A stretch of DNA of 64,000 bases from a virus (lineage: Duplodnaviria > Caudoviricetes), in IMG/VR virus record IMGVR_UViG_2974704384_000001, positions 1 through 64,000 of that record; one strand, written 5' to 3'. The notes beneath the pieces were generated by a model. That model searched no databases and was not told the DNA's origin. It was given only the letters and a program-made list of their open reading frames with translations. Each line of letters starts with the position of its first letter. Position 1 is the stretch's first letter. This document shows positions 19,279 to 28,791 of this stretch, in pieces. The position numbers were made by a program, and so were the translations under genes.

Positions 19279-21058
19279 TGGTTCAGCGGGTCTAGATGAT
19301 CCCAAGTATGTAATCCAGAATACCGTTACGGCGCTTGCACAGCGGACGCAGGAGAATGTTGAGGCTGAGCACCGGCAGTCGATTGAGAATGCCGGTAATC
19401 CTCTGTCTCCGGCGTTGCAGTTCTTCTTTAACACGATCATGGGCGGCTTCCAGACGCTCGGCAATTTTCTTGAGCAGATCATTCAGGCGATTACCGGTGC
19501 GGCTGGTGGCACGTTGGCGACACTCACCGACTTTATGACTGGTGTGGTTACCGATATCGGTAACGCGCTGGGGTGGCTGGCTGACCTGGTTGACGATCTG
19601 TGGAATAACGCGGCGTCGGTTATCGGGTCTATCCCGCAGACGCTTGTGACGGGTCTACAAGCGGCGCTTAACGGCATTAACAACACCATTCAGCAGGTCA
19701 TTGAGGGCATCATCGGCGCTATTCGCGGCATTCCGCTTGTGGGCGCTGGGATTGCTGATCTGGTGTCGATCCTTACGGGTTACCGCGAGGGTGTTGAGAC
19801 GGACCAGATTGTTCAGCAGAACCTAACGATTTCGTCTACTAGCTCGGTGCAGCGGCAGCCCGCGTGGGCGTCGGCTTACCCAATTTCGGCAGTGACGTAT
19901 CCGGCGATCCTGCATTCGGATTTCACGGTGTATGCGGAGACGGTGGGGCCTGCTACGGCGGGGACTGCGCACTCGCATGAGATTCGTGGGTCTACGGACG
20001 ACGCTTACGCTATCGCGCCGTTTTGGGCGTGTGAGCAGAACGGCAGCTTGGGCGGGTTCGTCACGGCGGCTGAGGATACGGTGTTCTCCAAGTTCGGCAT
20101 GGTGATCTTTGCGGACACGACGCCGGTTCCTGCCGGGACGGTGTATTTCGAGGTTTACCGCGAGCAGCCGGGCGGCAGTTTGGATCGGCTGACGCAGACG
20201 GATATCTCGTCATATATCACTAGTTCGAGCAAGCTTCTGGTGTTGCAGTGGACGGACTTCCGGATCGTTGCGCGTCGGGGTGAGCGGTACCTACTGCGGA
20301 TTAAGAACACGTCGAGTCCTAGCGTTGTGCCTCGTTTGCGTGGCCTGGCGTGGGGCACTGGTGTGCCGGAGATTCAGTGGGAGACGACGAACGCTACCGA
20401 TACGAATAAGACTTCGTATACGGCTGCGGAATCGGCTGCGATTATCGCTACGTCGGGTATCACGCCGTGGCTGATGCTGGCGGCTGAGGAGTCCGATATT
20501 CCAGAGGCCCGCACGTGGGCCGACGACTTTAACCGTCCTGAACTGGGCTATCTATGGAACCACAGTAAGACGGATAACGGCGATCTGGTTATCACTAATA
20601 ACAAGCTGTCGTATGGCGGGACCACTAACGGTTTCCAGCAGGCTTTGTATATCCATCCGCTGGCTACGGACAAGTTCAAGCTGACGGCTGAGGTTTCAAA
20701 CCTTGCCGGTACGGGCCAGGTGTATTTTATGTGCGCGGGTGGCCGTAACAACAACGTGTCGGCGGTTCTAGCTGTCGGTGCGTCCGGTGTGTCTATTCAG
20801 ACTTTGATCGGTACGACGGTGACGGTGCGCGCGCAGGTTCTTCGGACTAATAACGCGGGGAAGTACACGTTTACGTATGACCCGGCGTCTAAGACGTACA
20901 ACGTGTTGCTTAACGATCAGCCTATCGGGCTGTCATGGACGGATAGCGGCAACTTGCTAGATAAGGGTGTCCAGTTCCGGTATTTCCAGATTCAGATTCA
21001 GCGCGCGAGTGGCGTTAATGGGGGGCAGGTAGACAATTGGGTGATTCAGGACAACTAA
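19262..21058 (+). CDS. minor tail protein
   Basis: 599 aa, helical N-half and beta-rich C-terminal domain (WADDFNR); synteny. Confidence 0.8.
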   Translation: MAGLPSGSAGLDDPKYVIQNTVTALAQRTQENVEAEHRQSIENAGNPLSPALQFFFNTIMGGFQTLGNFLEQIIQAITGAAGGTLATLTDFMTGVVTDIGNALGWLADLVDDLWNNAASVIGSIPQTLVTGLQAALNGINNTIQQVIEGIIGAIRGIPLVGAGIADLVSILTGYREGVETDQIVQQNLTISSTSSVQRQPAWASAYPISAVTYPAILHSDFTVYAETVGPATAGTAHSHEIRGSTDDAYAIAPFWACEQNGSLGGFVTAAEDTVFSKFGMVIFADTTPVPAGTVYFEVYREQPGGSLDRLTQTDISSYITSSSKLLVLQWTDFRIVARRGERYLLRIKNTSSPSVVPRLRGLAWGTGVPEIQWETTNATDTNKTSYTAAESAAIIATSGITPWLMLAAEESDIPEARTWADDFNRPELGYLWNHSKTDNGDLVITNNKLSYGGTTNGFQQALYIHPLATDKFKLTAEVSNLAGTGQVYFMCAGGRNNNVSAVLAVGASGVSIQTLIGTTVTVRAQVLRTNNAGKYTFTYDPASKTYNVLLNDQPIGLSWTDSGNLLDKGVQFRYFQIQIQRASGVNGGQVDNWVIQDN

Positions 21059-21063
21059 GCAGG

Positions 21064-21234
21064 ATGGGTGTTTACGTGCCGGATAAGGGCACGGAGGCTA
21101 TTCCTGACGATGTTCCGCAGAAGCCATCTATTAAGGAACCGATTGTTTCGGCGAGCGCTGAGGTTCGTGAGCAGATTGCCGAGGCAACCCTTAAGCGCAC
21201 TAGGGCCGAGAAAGGGGGGCTAAGTGTCGCTTAA
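21064..21234 (+). CDS. hypothetical protein
   Basis: ATG 21064 (MGVYVPDKG...) fills the gap between tail genes. Confidence 0.55.
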   Translation: MGVYVPDKGTEAIPDDVPQKPSIKEPIVSASAEVREQIAEATLKRTRAEKGGLSVA

Positions 21235-21499
21235 GAAGTTCACACAAGACCCAGATGAGGTTTTGGACTACACGATTGATTGGTCGGAGTGGCTGGCTGA
21301 GGGTGACACGATCACCGAGGTTACGGCTACTCCGGCTACCGGTATCACGGTTGATTCCACTTCTTTCACTGTTAGTTCTACGACCATCTGGATTTCTGGT
21401 GGCACTGCGGGTCAGCGTTACGACATTAGCGTGCATGTGGTCACTAACGGCGGGCGTGAGGGTGACCGGTCGATCACGATTGAGATTAAGGAGAAGTAG
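21224..21499 (+). CDS. minor tail / virion accessory protein
   Basis: QDPDEVLDYTIDWSEWL motif common in tail-fibre modules. Confidence 0.7.
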   Translation: MSLKKFTQDPDEVLDYTIDWSEWLAEGDTITEVTATPATGITVDSTSFTVSSTTIWISGGTAGQRYDISVHVVTNGGREGDRSITIEIKEK

Positions 21500-21583
21500 T
21501 GACGAATCCGGTTTTCACGCTGGTGGCTTATGCCACTGCGGAGGTCACTCCGGCTAATACACAACTAAATATGGAGGACAGTA

Positions 21584-21970
21584 ATGACGGTCGGGATTCA
21601 CACGGTCAACCTGGCGAATAAGTGGCTTGGTATCCTTCGGGGTACGGCCTTCACTGCGCCGTCTGGCATTTATATTCAGCTACACAAGGGCGATCCCGGC
21701 GGGGCTGGTACGGCGAACCTTTCGGCGGTGACGACGCGGGCGCTTGCGACGTTCGCGGCTCCCGCTTCGGGTGCAATTGCGCTTACGGGCACTAACCCTT
21801 CGTGGACAATGACGGCCACGGAGACGATTACCCATATCAGCGTGTGGGACGCGTCGACCAGCGGCAACTTTCTGTGGTCGGCGGTGCTGGCTGCGTCTAA
21901 GAATGTGCAGTCGGGTGACACGTTGACGCTTACTACGTGCGGGTTGTCGCTGGGCGCTCTGGCGGCGTAA
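21584..21970 (+). CDS. minor tail protein
   Basis: YIQLHKGDPG..GTAN, ETITHISVWDA.TSGNFLW motif; GGAGG RBS. Confidence 0.8.
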   Translation: MTVGIHTVNLANKWLGILRGTAFTAPSGIYIQLHKGDPGGAGTANLSAVTTRALATFAAPASGAIALTGTNPSWTMTATETITHISVWDASTSGNFLWSAVLAASKNVQSGDTLTLTTCGLSLGALAA

Positions 21971-24259
21971 GTGGCTATCGCGTTCAACGCGGCCACTGTT
22001 GGGAGTATTACCGCCTCTGGGCGGACTGCGACTGCCACTCATACGGCTAACGGTTCTAACCGCGCCGTAATCGTAATGGTCGTCGGTGGGTGTGGGCCGA
22101 GTAATGAACAGCCTTGGGGCAATGGCGATTCCGAGGCTTTGGCCTGCACCTACGGCGGGCAGACTATGACTCTGTTGGGTCATATCGGCACTAACGCAGG
22201 CACTTTCGGTGGCGTGGCGTTCTTCGGTTTGCTTAACCCGCCTACGGGGGTGCAGACGGTCGCGTTCTCCAAGGCGAATGTCACTTGGTCGCTGCGGGTT
22301 GCGGCTATCTCGTATACCGGGGTGGCGAGCTTCGGTGCTACTACTGCGACTTACGGGACTGGCTCAGGGGCTGGGCTGGGAATGACTGTCCCCGCTGCTG
22401 TTGGCGAGGTTGTCGTCCACGCGTGGGTGACTCTTCTGGGAACGGTTACTAGCTGGGCGGCTACCGGCGGCGGCACGCAACGGCAGGTCGTTAACGCTGT
22501 CGATTCTGGTGGCGGCGCTTACGGCGTGTTCGGTGACGCACCTGGCGCGGCGTTGGTTGCTTTTAGTGGCACCCGCACCACTTCCGGTGATCAGTATGCC
22601 GGGGCTGCGGCCCGTCTAGTGCCCGCTGAGGGCGGTGAACCGGAGAATCCTGGTGAGCTGACGACGTTTTCGGCGACGGGGGCTTATACGTACAACATTC
22701 CGTCGTGGGCTACGCATGTCGACGTTGTTGCGATTGGTGGCGGCGGTGGTGGAGCTGGCGGCGCTAACGTCGGCAACGGTGACGGCAAGGGCGGTAACGC
22801 CGGTACGTGGCAGTCGTTGACCCTTAAGCGTGGGGTGGATATTCCGTCTGGCGTTACGCAGATTACGGGCGTCGTCGGGACTGGCGGTTCGGGCGGTGGG
22901 TCCGGCAATGGCTCGGGCAGCGCGGGTAACGCGTCTACTGCGGTGGCGAGCGGGCTTAGCCTTTCGGCAGCCGGGGGATCAGGCGGCTCGGGGATTAACT
23001 CTGCTGGCGGCAACCTTACGTATGGCAAGTCGCCGGGCAACTTGATCTTTAACGGCCAGACATATACCGGTGGCGCGCAGGCCGGTGCGTCGAATAATCC
23101 AAGCGGCACTGGCGCGGCGGGTAATCCGCCCGGTGGTGGTGGCGAAGGTGGCGGCGGTGCCCTGTTCGGCACCGGCTCGTCTGGTGGTGTCGGTGGCGCT
23201 GGCAGGGTGTTCTTCTATGCCTATCGGGTCGGTATCGACTACGACGGCCAGGCGGATTTGGCGTTGGCGGTGTCTACGGAGGCGTCTGCCACGCTGCGGG
23301 CTGTAGCTCAGGCCGCTTTGGTGGTCGACGTGGTTTCACCGGCTGCGGTTTCGCATGGGCAGGCCATAGAGGCGTCTCTAAGCGTCTCTGCGGACCCAGA
23401 CGACGCGGCCCGGTATGACGCGCTGGGTAGTACCGATTTGTTCCTTGACGTGGCTTTCACGGCTTCTGGCATGAAAACCCTGAATGGAATTGCGGTGCTG
23501 TCGCTGGCGGCGGATACGTGGGCAGATGTGACGGAGTTCAGCGTGGCTGATGCGGCCCTGCCTGTGGTCGCTGAGTTGTCGGCGGATATGTCGCAGTTGC
23601 AGGGGATTAGCGGCCTACTGGCGGTCGATGTTTCACCTATCGGCGAAATGTCGCAGGGCCAGGACGTGGGCGCTGGGCTTGAGGCCATCGTGTCGCCTAC
23701 GGCAGCCGCGCTTTACGAGGGCGCAGTGCGGGCGAACTTGGTGGTTAACGCCACGTTCGTCGCGGTAGGGGAGCGGGACGCTCCGGTTGATGCCGACCTG
23801 CCTGTGGCGGTGGTCGGCACGGCTGAGGTTTCTTCGGGGCCGGTCGCTGGCTCAGGGCTGGCCGTGGTGGTGACGACTACGGCGGCGATGCGGCGCACGC
23901 AGTACGTAGAGGCCGACCTTTCGCTTAGCGCGCTTACGGACGGCGAGTTGTCCGCGAGTTACGGGATTGATGCCGTTTTGGAGCTGGTTGCTAACGCGTC
24001 GGTGTATTTCGGTTCGGTCCGCGAAATTGTGGTGGTGCCTTTCCATGACCGGCACGCGGTTGTGCCCGAGAATCCACGCTTAGTGGAGGTTAGGGGCGAG
24101 CTGCGCCTAATTAAGGCTGATGGCGATTACCGCTTAGTCGGTGTTACCGAGGTTGAGCGTGTGGCCGTGGTTGGCGATTCGGATAGGTCCGTGGTGGTGG
24201 CCGCTGCCGATAGGTGGGTTCAGGTCGCGCCGGTACCTAAGACGGCGGCGGTGAGCTAA
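21971..24259 (+). CDS. tail fibre-like minor tail protein (Gly-rich domain plus 20-aa and 9-aa repeats)
   Basis: 762 aa; Gly-rich middle domain; periodic C-terminal half. Confidence 0.8.
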   Translation: MAIAFNAATVGSITASGRTATATHTANGSNRAVIVMVVGGCGPSNEQPWGNGDSEALACTYGGQTMTLLGHIGTNAGTFGGVAFFGLLNPPTGVQTVAFSKANVTWSLRVAAISYTGVASFGATTATYGTGSGAGLGMTVPAAVGEVVVHAWVTLLGTVTSWAATGGGTQRQVVNAVDSGGGAYGVFGDAPGAALVAFSGTRTTSGDQYAGAAARLVPAEGGEPENPGELTTFSATGAYTYNIPSWATHVDVVAIGGGGGGAGGANVGNGDGKGGNAGTWQSLTLKRGVDIPSGVTQITGVVGTGGSGGGSGNGSGSAGNASTAVASGLSLSAAGGSGGSGINSAGGNLTYGKSPGNLIFNGQTYTGGAQAGASNNPSGTGAAGNPPGGGGEGGGGALFGTGSSGGVGGAGRVFFYAYRVGIDYDGQADLALAVSTEASATLRAVAQAALVVDVVSPAAVSHGQAIEASLSVSADPDDAARYDALGSTDLFLDVAFTASGMKTLNGIAVLSLAADTWADVTEFSVADAALPVVAELSADMSQLQGISGLLAVDVSPIGEMSQGQDVGAGLEAIVSPTAAALYEGAVRANLVVNATFVAVGERDAPVDADLPVAVVGTAEVSSGPVAGSGLAVVVTTTAAMRRTQYVEADLSLSALTDGELSASYGIDAVLELVANASVYFGSVREIVVVPFHDRHAVVPENPRLVEVRGELRLIKADGDYRLVGVTEVERVAVVGDSDRSVVVAAADRWVQVAPVPKTAAVS

Positions 24260-24290
24260 GGCCGCTTAATAACTAAATAGAGGGGGTCCA

Positions 24291-24440
24291 ATGATTATGG
24301 ATCACGCGGGGGAGCCGGAGGTTCGCTGCGTTGCCTGCGGCGACCGCAGTGTTGACCATCCCACTTTCAAGCACAGGGTTTGGAATTGGCTGGCGGCTTC
24401 CGAGGCTTTCGTGCGGTTTCACCTAGGGCGGGTGCTCTAG
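24291..24440 (+). CDS. small hypothetical protein (CxxC)
   Basis: MIMDHAGEPEVRCVACGD..., GAGGGGG RBS, fills intergenic gap; not in ORF track. Confidence 0.55.
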   Translation: MIMDHAGEPEVRCVACGDRSVDHPTFKHRVWNWLAASEAFVRFHLGRVL

Positions 24441-25382
24441 GTGAAGCACGAAGCTGTATTGAGCACGATCCCCATGTCGCGGGGATCAGGATTTAAGTAC
24501 GAATTGCGCGGTAAGCCGGGCGACTATTGGCCGGAGTCGGGCACCGCTTACGTGGTGTTCTACGAGTCGACGGGCGCGGTGATCGCAACCCTTGAGGGGA
24601 CGGTTAAGCCGGAGCTGTTGCTGTTTGAGGCTGAGCCGACAGAGATTGAGTTCATTCCGCACGGCGCGGGGTTTGAGCTGTTCGTTACGCCGGATGAGAC
24701 CGGTGTGCCGGTGATGGTTCGTTATGGGACGGTCACGCGGCGGGAGGTTCGGTTTCCGGATGCGCCTGCTACGGACGTGTCGGATACGGCGCTTCTGTAC
24801 GTGGACGATATGCAGCGGACGATCCTTGGGCCTAGGTGGCGCAAGGTCGGCGGTAAGGCCGCGATTTACGACGATTGGATTTCGCTTCATCCTAAGCGGG
24901 CTATCGGTCCGGATTTCGTGTTCTTCGACCGGGCGGCTGTGTTGTGGTTCGCTCCGCTGAATCTCGATTCGGTGACGGTGAACGTCAATATCGTTAACGC
25001 GGGTGCCGGTAAGTCAACGGTGGTGCTGGCATCGGACTACAACATGACTTCATGGCTTGGGGTCCAATTCGAGACGGGCGTTTCTAACAACAAGTGGCAC
25101 ATCGTGGTTGGTCATTCGCCTCAGGGCGACGACTACGAAGTTAAGGCCAGCGTTAACGCGAACTCGGATAACGGCAATAACGCGCTAATCAAGTTCAACC
25201 ATGCTGCGCGGCAGATTACGGCGTTCCGGAATAACGGGACTACGCCGCTTTTGACGTGGACCGATGAGGCCGAGTCGCTGCCTATTGGTGACGGCTTCCG
25301 CTATACGGGCTTCTCTTGGATTTCGTCTCTGGCTGCTCGCGGTGTGTGTTTCTACGACTGGTGGGCTAAGGACGGTGTTTAA
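24441..25382 (+). CDS. minor tail protein (beta-sandwich/lectin-like)
   Basis: 313 aa beta-rich, last gene before lysin A; LYVDDMQR motif. Confidence 0.65.
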   Translation: MKHEAVLSTIPMSRGSGFKYELRGKPGDYWPESGTAYVVFYESTGAVIATLEGTVKPELLLFEAEPTEIEFIPHGAGFELFVTPDETGVPVMVRYGTVTRREVRFPDAPATDVSDTALLYVDDMQRTILGPRWRKVGGKAAIYDDWISLHPKRAIGPDFVFFDRAAVLWFAPLNLDSVTVNVNIVNAGAGKSTVVLASDYNMTSWLGVQFETGVSNNKWHIVVGHSPQGDDYEVKASVNANSDNGNNALIKFNHAARQITAFRNNGTTPLLTWTDEAESLPIGDGFRYTGFSWISSLAARGVCFYDWWAKDGV

Positions 25383-25386
25383 GTAG

Positions 25387-26337
25387 ATGGCTTTTGTTAG
25401 CAGGTATGGAAACTGGTATTCGGAGAACGGTTGGCGCATGTGTGACGCCAACGAGCTTGACCGGGGGGCGGTGCCTGGCACGACGCTGGTACTGCCTATC
25501 CGGAAGGGTATTGCCAACCTGATCCTTAAGGCTTGGGTGGCGTGGTTTCACCGCAATGTTGAGTCGTTGAATAACGCTCGCGGTTTCAGTGACGAGGGCG
25601 CGTGGACGCCGACCAATGACGTGGCGAACTCTAATCACCTGTCCGGTACGGCTGTTGACCTTAACTGGTCGGACCATGCGTTTCGGGTGTCGTATTCGGG
25701 GTTCACTCAGGCGGAGATTAACAAGGTCCGCGAGGGCCTAAGGCTGTTTGAGGGGACGATCTGGTGGGGCCAGGATTGGACTTCGCCTAAAGACCCGATG
25801 CACTTCCAGCTTAACTACGGCGAGGGTGATGCGCGGAACGCGGCTTTCGCCACGAAGTTGCAGAACGGATATCTCGGTATCTGGTCTGGTGGTGGTGGTG
25901 TTGTCGACCCTCCGGCTGGCGTGGATGACATTTATGCGCAGGAGGGTGACTCGGGCGACCGGGTTAAGCGATTGCAGCAGTTCTTTAACGACAACTTCAA
26001 GAGCTATTCGCAGCTTGAGGTCGACGGCGATTTCGGGCCAGCGACTAAGGCTGTGGTTGTCGAGTTTCAGAAGCGGGTTGGCGTTCTGGCTGACGGAATC
26101 GTCGGGCCTATCACGCTGGCCGCGATGGTGAAGCACGGCTTTAAGACTGAGAGTGGGGTAAAGGTGGCGAATCTGCCTGAGGATTGGACGGACCGCCAGG
26201 TTCTTAACGATATCTGGGAGCAGTTGCGCGGGCCGGACGGTAAGGGCTGGGAGCAGCTTGGAAAGAACGCTAAGGGCGAGAATCTTTCACTGGTCGACGC
26301 GGTTGCCGAGGTTAAGAAGCGTCTAGAGGCGGCCTAA
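25387..26337 (+). CDS. lysA: lysin A (M15-type peptidase + peptidoglycan-binding domain)
   Basis: SENGWRMC N-terminus, SNHLSGTAVDLN and DPMHFQL, PG-binding DGDFGPATKAVVVEFQ..DGIVGP, C-terminal EQLRGPDGKGWEQLG. Confidence 0.9.
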   Translation: MAFVSRYGNWYSENGWRMCDANELDRGAVPGTTLVLPIRKGIANLILKAWVAWFHRNVESLNNARGFSDEGAWTPTNDVANSNHLSGTAVDLNWSDHAFRVSYSGFTQAEINKVREGLRLFEGTIWWGQDWTSPKDPMHFQLNYGEGDARNAAFATKLQNGYLGIWSGGGGVVDPPAGVDDIYAQEGDSGDRVKRLQQFFNDNFKSYSQLEVDGDFGPATKAVVVEFQKRVGVLADGIVGPITLAAMVKHGFKTESGVKVANLPEDWTDRQVLNDIWEQLRGPDGKGWEQLGKNAKGENLSLVDAVAEVKKRLEAA

Positions 26338-27308
26338 TGCCGCTACAGGTCGGCTCGCAGGGCGAGCTAGTTAACCAGTGGGTCCGGACGATGAATAAGC
26401 GGTTTTCGTCCTACTCGCGTGAGAAGGATGGAACTCCGCTTAAGGTCGACGGCTATTTCGGCTATCCGGACCGTGACGTTCAGCGGGAGTATGAGCGGCG
26501 CACCAATCAGGTGCAGGACGGCATCGTTAGCGACGGCGACTTGGCGGCGCTGGGGTTGATTGCGACCCCGCCCGCTGAGGAGCTGCCGGTGTTGTTCACG
26601 GTGAGCGGGACGTTCGCGGACATGTGGTCGGGCTATCCGGCTGACTGTGCTCGCGCGCTGGCGGGGGTCTACTACTGGCAGCCGGTGTACTACCCGGCGG
26701 CGGCGTTCCCGATGGAGCCGAGCGTCAATGCGGGCGTGCGTGAGCTGATCGACCTGATTAACAAGTTGAGGCCGGGCCGGAAGTTCGCGCTGTGTGGTTA
26801 CAGCCAGGGCGCAATCGTGTGCTCGCTGGTGCTGATCGAGATTCTGTTCGGCAGCCTGTCGCACCGTAAGGACGATCTGCTGGGTGGCTCGATGTTCGGC
26901 AACCCGATGCGCCAGGCTGGGGTTTCGTTCCCTGGTGGGCGTGATCCTGGTGGGCGCGGTATCGCGTTGGAGCAGCTTAAGGTGACCCCGCCGAACTGGT
27001 TTGAGTACGCGGACCCTGACGACATTTACGCGGCCACGCCGACCGGCGCTGGGGGAGAGGAAATGTCCTCAATCTATGCCGTGGTGATGGACCCGCTTAA
27101 GGGTGCGCCCAAGCTGGTTTGGCAGATTTGGGAGCTTTTGGCGAATCCGGCTGCGGAGGCACCGGCTCTTGTTAAGGCAATCGTGCTGGGTCTTAAGTTC
27201 GCGGGCACTCGGACGGCAGCGCATGTGGAGTACCACATTCGTCAGGCCACGCCGGGGACCACGTATTTGCAGCACGCAATCAATCATTTACGAAGCATTA
27301 GGGGGTAA
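26337..27308 (+). CDS. lysB: lysin B (mycolylarabinogalactan esterase)
   Basis: N-terminal PG-binding-like region, GYSQG nucleophile elbow, FGNPMR, DIYA. Confidence 0.9.
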   Translation: MPLQVGSQGELVNQWVRTMNKRFSSYSREKDGTPLKVDGYFGYPDRDVQREYERRTNQVQDGIVSDGDLAALGLIATPPAEELPVLFTVSGTFADMWSGYPADCARALAGVYYWQPVYYPAAAFPMEPSVNAGVRELIDLINKLRPGRKFALCGYSQGAIVCSLVLIEILFGSLSHRKDDLLGGSMFGNPMRQAGVSFPGGRDPGGRGIALEQLKVTPPNWFEYADPDDIYAATPTGAGGEEMSSIYAVVMDPLKGAPKLVWQIWELLANPAAEAPALVKAIVLGLKFAGTRTAAHVEYHIRQATPGTTYLQHAINHLRSIRG

Positions 27309-27312
27309 TCCG

Positions 27313-27786
27313 TTGTTGATTTACGACGAGCAGGTGCCGGTGTTGGACGACACGTTCGAGGGCGACGAGGTTTCGCTGCTAGCGGTGCGCGGGGGCCGGG
27401 TTGATCGGAATTTCCGCCGGAACTACGCGTGGGCTAAGCACGCGGCTGATCGCGGCAAGCTAAAGAAGATCGTTGTGAAGGTCGCGGTCAATAAGGACTC
27501 GTGGGTTCACACAGTGGGTGCAGTCACGTCGGCCCTTTCGGGCCAGCGGTTGCATCCTCTGGCGGCTTTCAACGTTGACTCGGACGTTCGGGATATCGGC
27601 GGCGACAAGCTAACGCAGGTATTGGAGGCGCTTAAGGAGCTGTCACCGAAGCCAGCTTCTTTTATGGCGTCGGATGCCGACGTTAAGGCTCTTGTGCGGG
27701 CACAGAACGCGCAGGCGAAGAATGCGCCTAAGCCGGGGCCTAAGGCTGAAACGAAGAATGTTGAGGATGTGAAGGACGGTGAGTAA
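27313..27786 (+). CDS. hypothetical lysis-cassette protein, weak resemblance to degenerate GH25 domain
   Basis: TTG start in frame with ORF 27103-27786; RNFRRNYAWAKHAADRGKL segment. Confidence 0.55.
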   Translation: MLIYDEQVPVLDDTFEGDEVSLLAVRGGRVDRNFRRNYAWAKHAADRGKLKKIVVKVAVNKDSWVHTVGAVTSALSGQRLHPLAAFNVDSDVRDIGGDKLTQVLEALKELSPKPASFMASDADVKALVRAQNAQAKNAPKPGPKAETKNVEDVKDGE

Positions 27787-28040
27787 TGAAGATTCTCGGG
27801 CACAAGCCGAGCGAGATTCGGAAGTCAATTGCGGGGTTCGCGGCTGCCCTGTTGGTACTGCTAGTGGCGTTGCCTGTGGCCGGTCTACCGGTCGGTGTTG
27901 CGGCTGTAGTGGCGACTGTGACGGCCTTCCTGACGGGTGTAAGCGTCTATCTCGCTAAGCCTAATGTGGCTGCGGTAATTGACGGGCTGGACGTGATTGA
28001 CCCGCCGGTCGAATACCCACCATTTATTGAGAAGTCATAG
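27786..28040 (+). CDS. holin
   Basis: 84 aa, two TM segments, EIRKSIAGF, lysis cassette position. Confidence 0.8.
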   Translation: MKILGHKPSEIRKSIAGFAAALLVLLVALPVAGLPVGVAAVVATVTAFLTGVSVYLAKPNVAAVIDGLDVIDPPVEYPPFIEKS

Positions 28041-28042
28041 CC

Positions 28043-28465
28043 ATGCCGGAGACGGGCGAATGGATTGGGGTGCTGGTCACTAACTGGCCGGAGCTTGCAG
28101 TAATTGCCAGCTTAGTGTTCGGCGTCTATATGATCGTGCGTTTCCTGGCGGGCACCTTTGAGTCGTTTAGTAGGGCGCTTGGGCCGGTGGGTAGGTTCCT
28201 CCGTGCTCAGCGCGCTATTAACAAAGCTGAATCAGATGACATGCGGAAGCGGATTGCGTACCTGGATGAGCGGGTTACGCGTCTGCTTTACCGCGACCAG
28301 TGTTATTTCGCGTACGTGTTGGCTGACACGGAGTGGCATCGTAGGCATGAGCTTAAGGCGGCGGCACTTGGTTGGGTGTTTGAGCCTCACGTTTCATTCC
28401 TTGAGTTCCGCGACACGTGGATGCGCGAGCGTGGACTAGATAAGGAATTGGAAATTTGGAAGTAA
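28043..28465 (+). CDS. membrane protein (lysis accessory)
   Basis: N-terminal TM plus coiled coil, follows holin. Confidence 0.65.
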   Translation: MPETGEWIGVLVTNWPELAVIASLVFGVYMIVRFLAGTFESFSRALGPVGRFLRAQRAINKAESDDMRKRIAYLDERVTRLLYRDQCYFAYVLADTEWHRRHELKAAALGWVFEPHVSFLEFRDTWMRERGLDKELEIWK

Positions 28466-28722
28466 CGGTTTACTCACCGGCGACCGCTTGCACAGGCTGC
28501 ATGGCAACGAAGCTTGCTCTTAAGGGTGCGGCTATTCCGTTTACGGCAGTAGTGGCCTCGGAGGAGCAAGTAGAGAAGTTTAAGGCGGATGGGCACGCGG
28601 CGTTCCCAGTCGTTGTCGTGGATTGCGGCGACGGCGCTACGTGGACGTGGAGTGGTTACCGCCATGACGACATTAAGCGACTTAAGGAATTGCGGCAGGA
28701 ACAGACGCCTTTGGCGGCTTAA
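28456..28722 (+). CDS. nrdH: NrdH-like glutaredoxin
   Basis: [28 protein letters not shown]. Confidence 0.8.
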   Translation: MEVTVYSPATACTGCMATKLALKGAAIPFTAVVASEEQVEKFKADGHAAFPVVVVDCGDGATWTWSGYRHDDIKRLKELRQEQTPLAA

Positions 28723-28730
28723 ATAGACTC

Positions 28731-28786
28731 GGGCACTCGCGCTCCCCTCTTTCCCCTGGGGTTGAGCGCGGGTGCCCGTCTTTTTG
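28731..28786 (+). terminator. intrinsic terminator ending the late operon, between convergent genes
   Basis: GGGCACTCGCGCTC / GAGCGCGGGTGCCC stem then GTCTTTTTG. Confidence 0.8.
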
Positions 28787-28791
28787 TGTTT

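Noticed and set aside
22730-23210. Collagen-like or PE-PGRS-derived repeat
   Set aside because: No Gly-X-Y periodicity; a generic Gly-rich domain common in mycobacteriophage minor tail proteins
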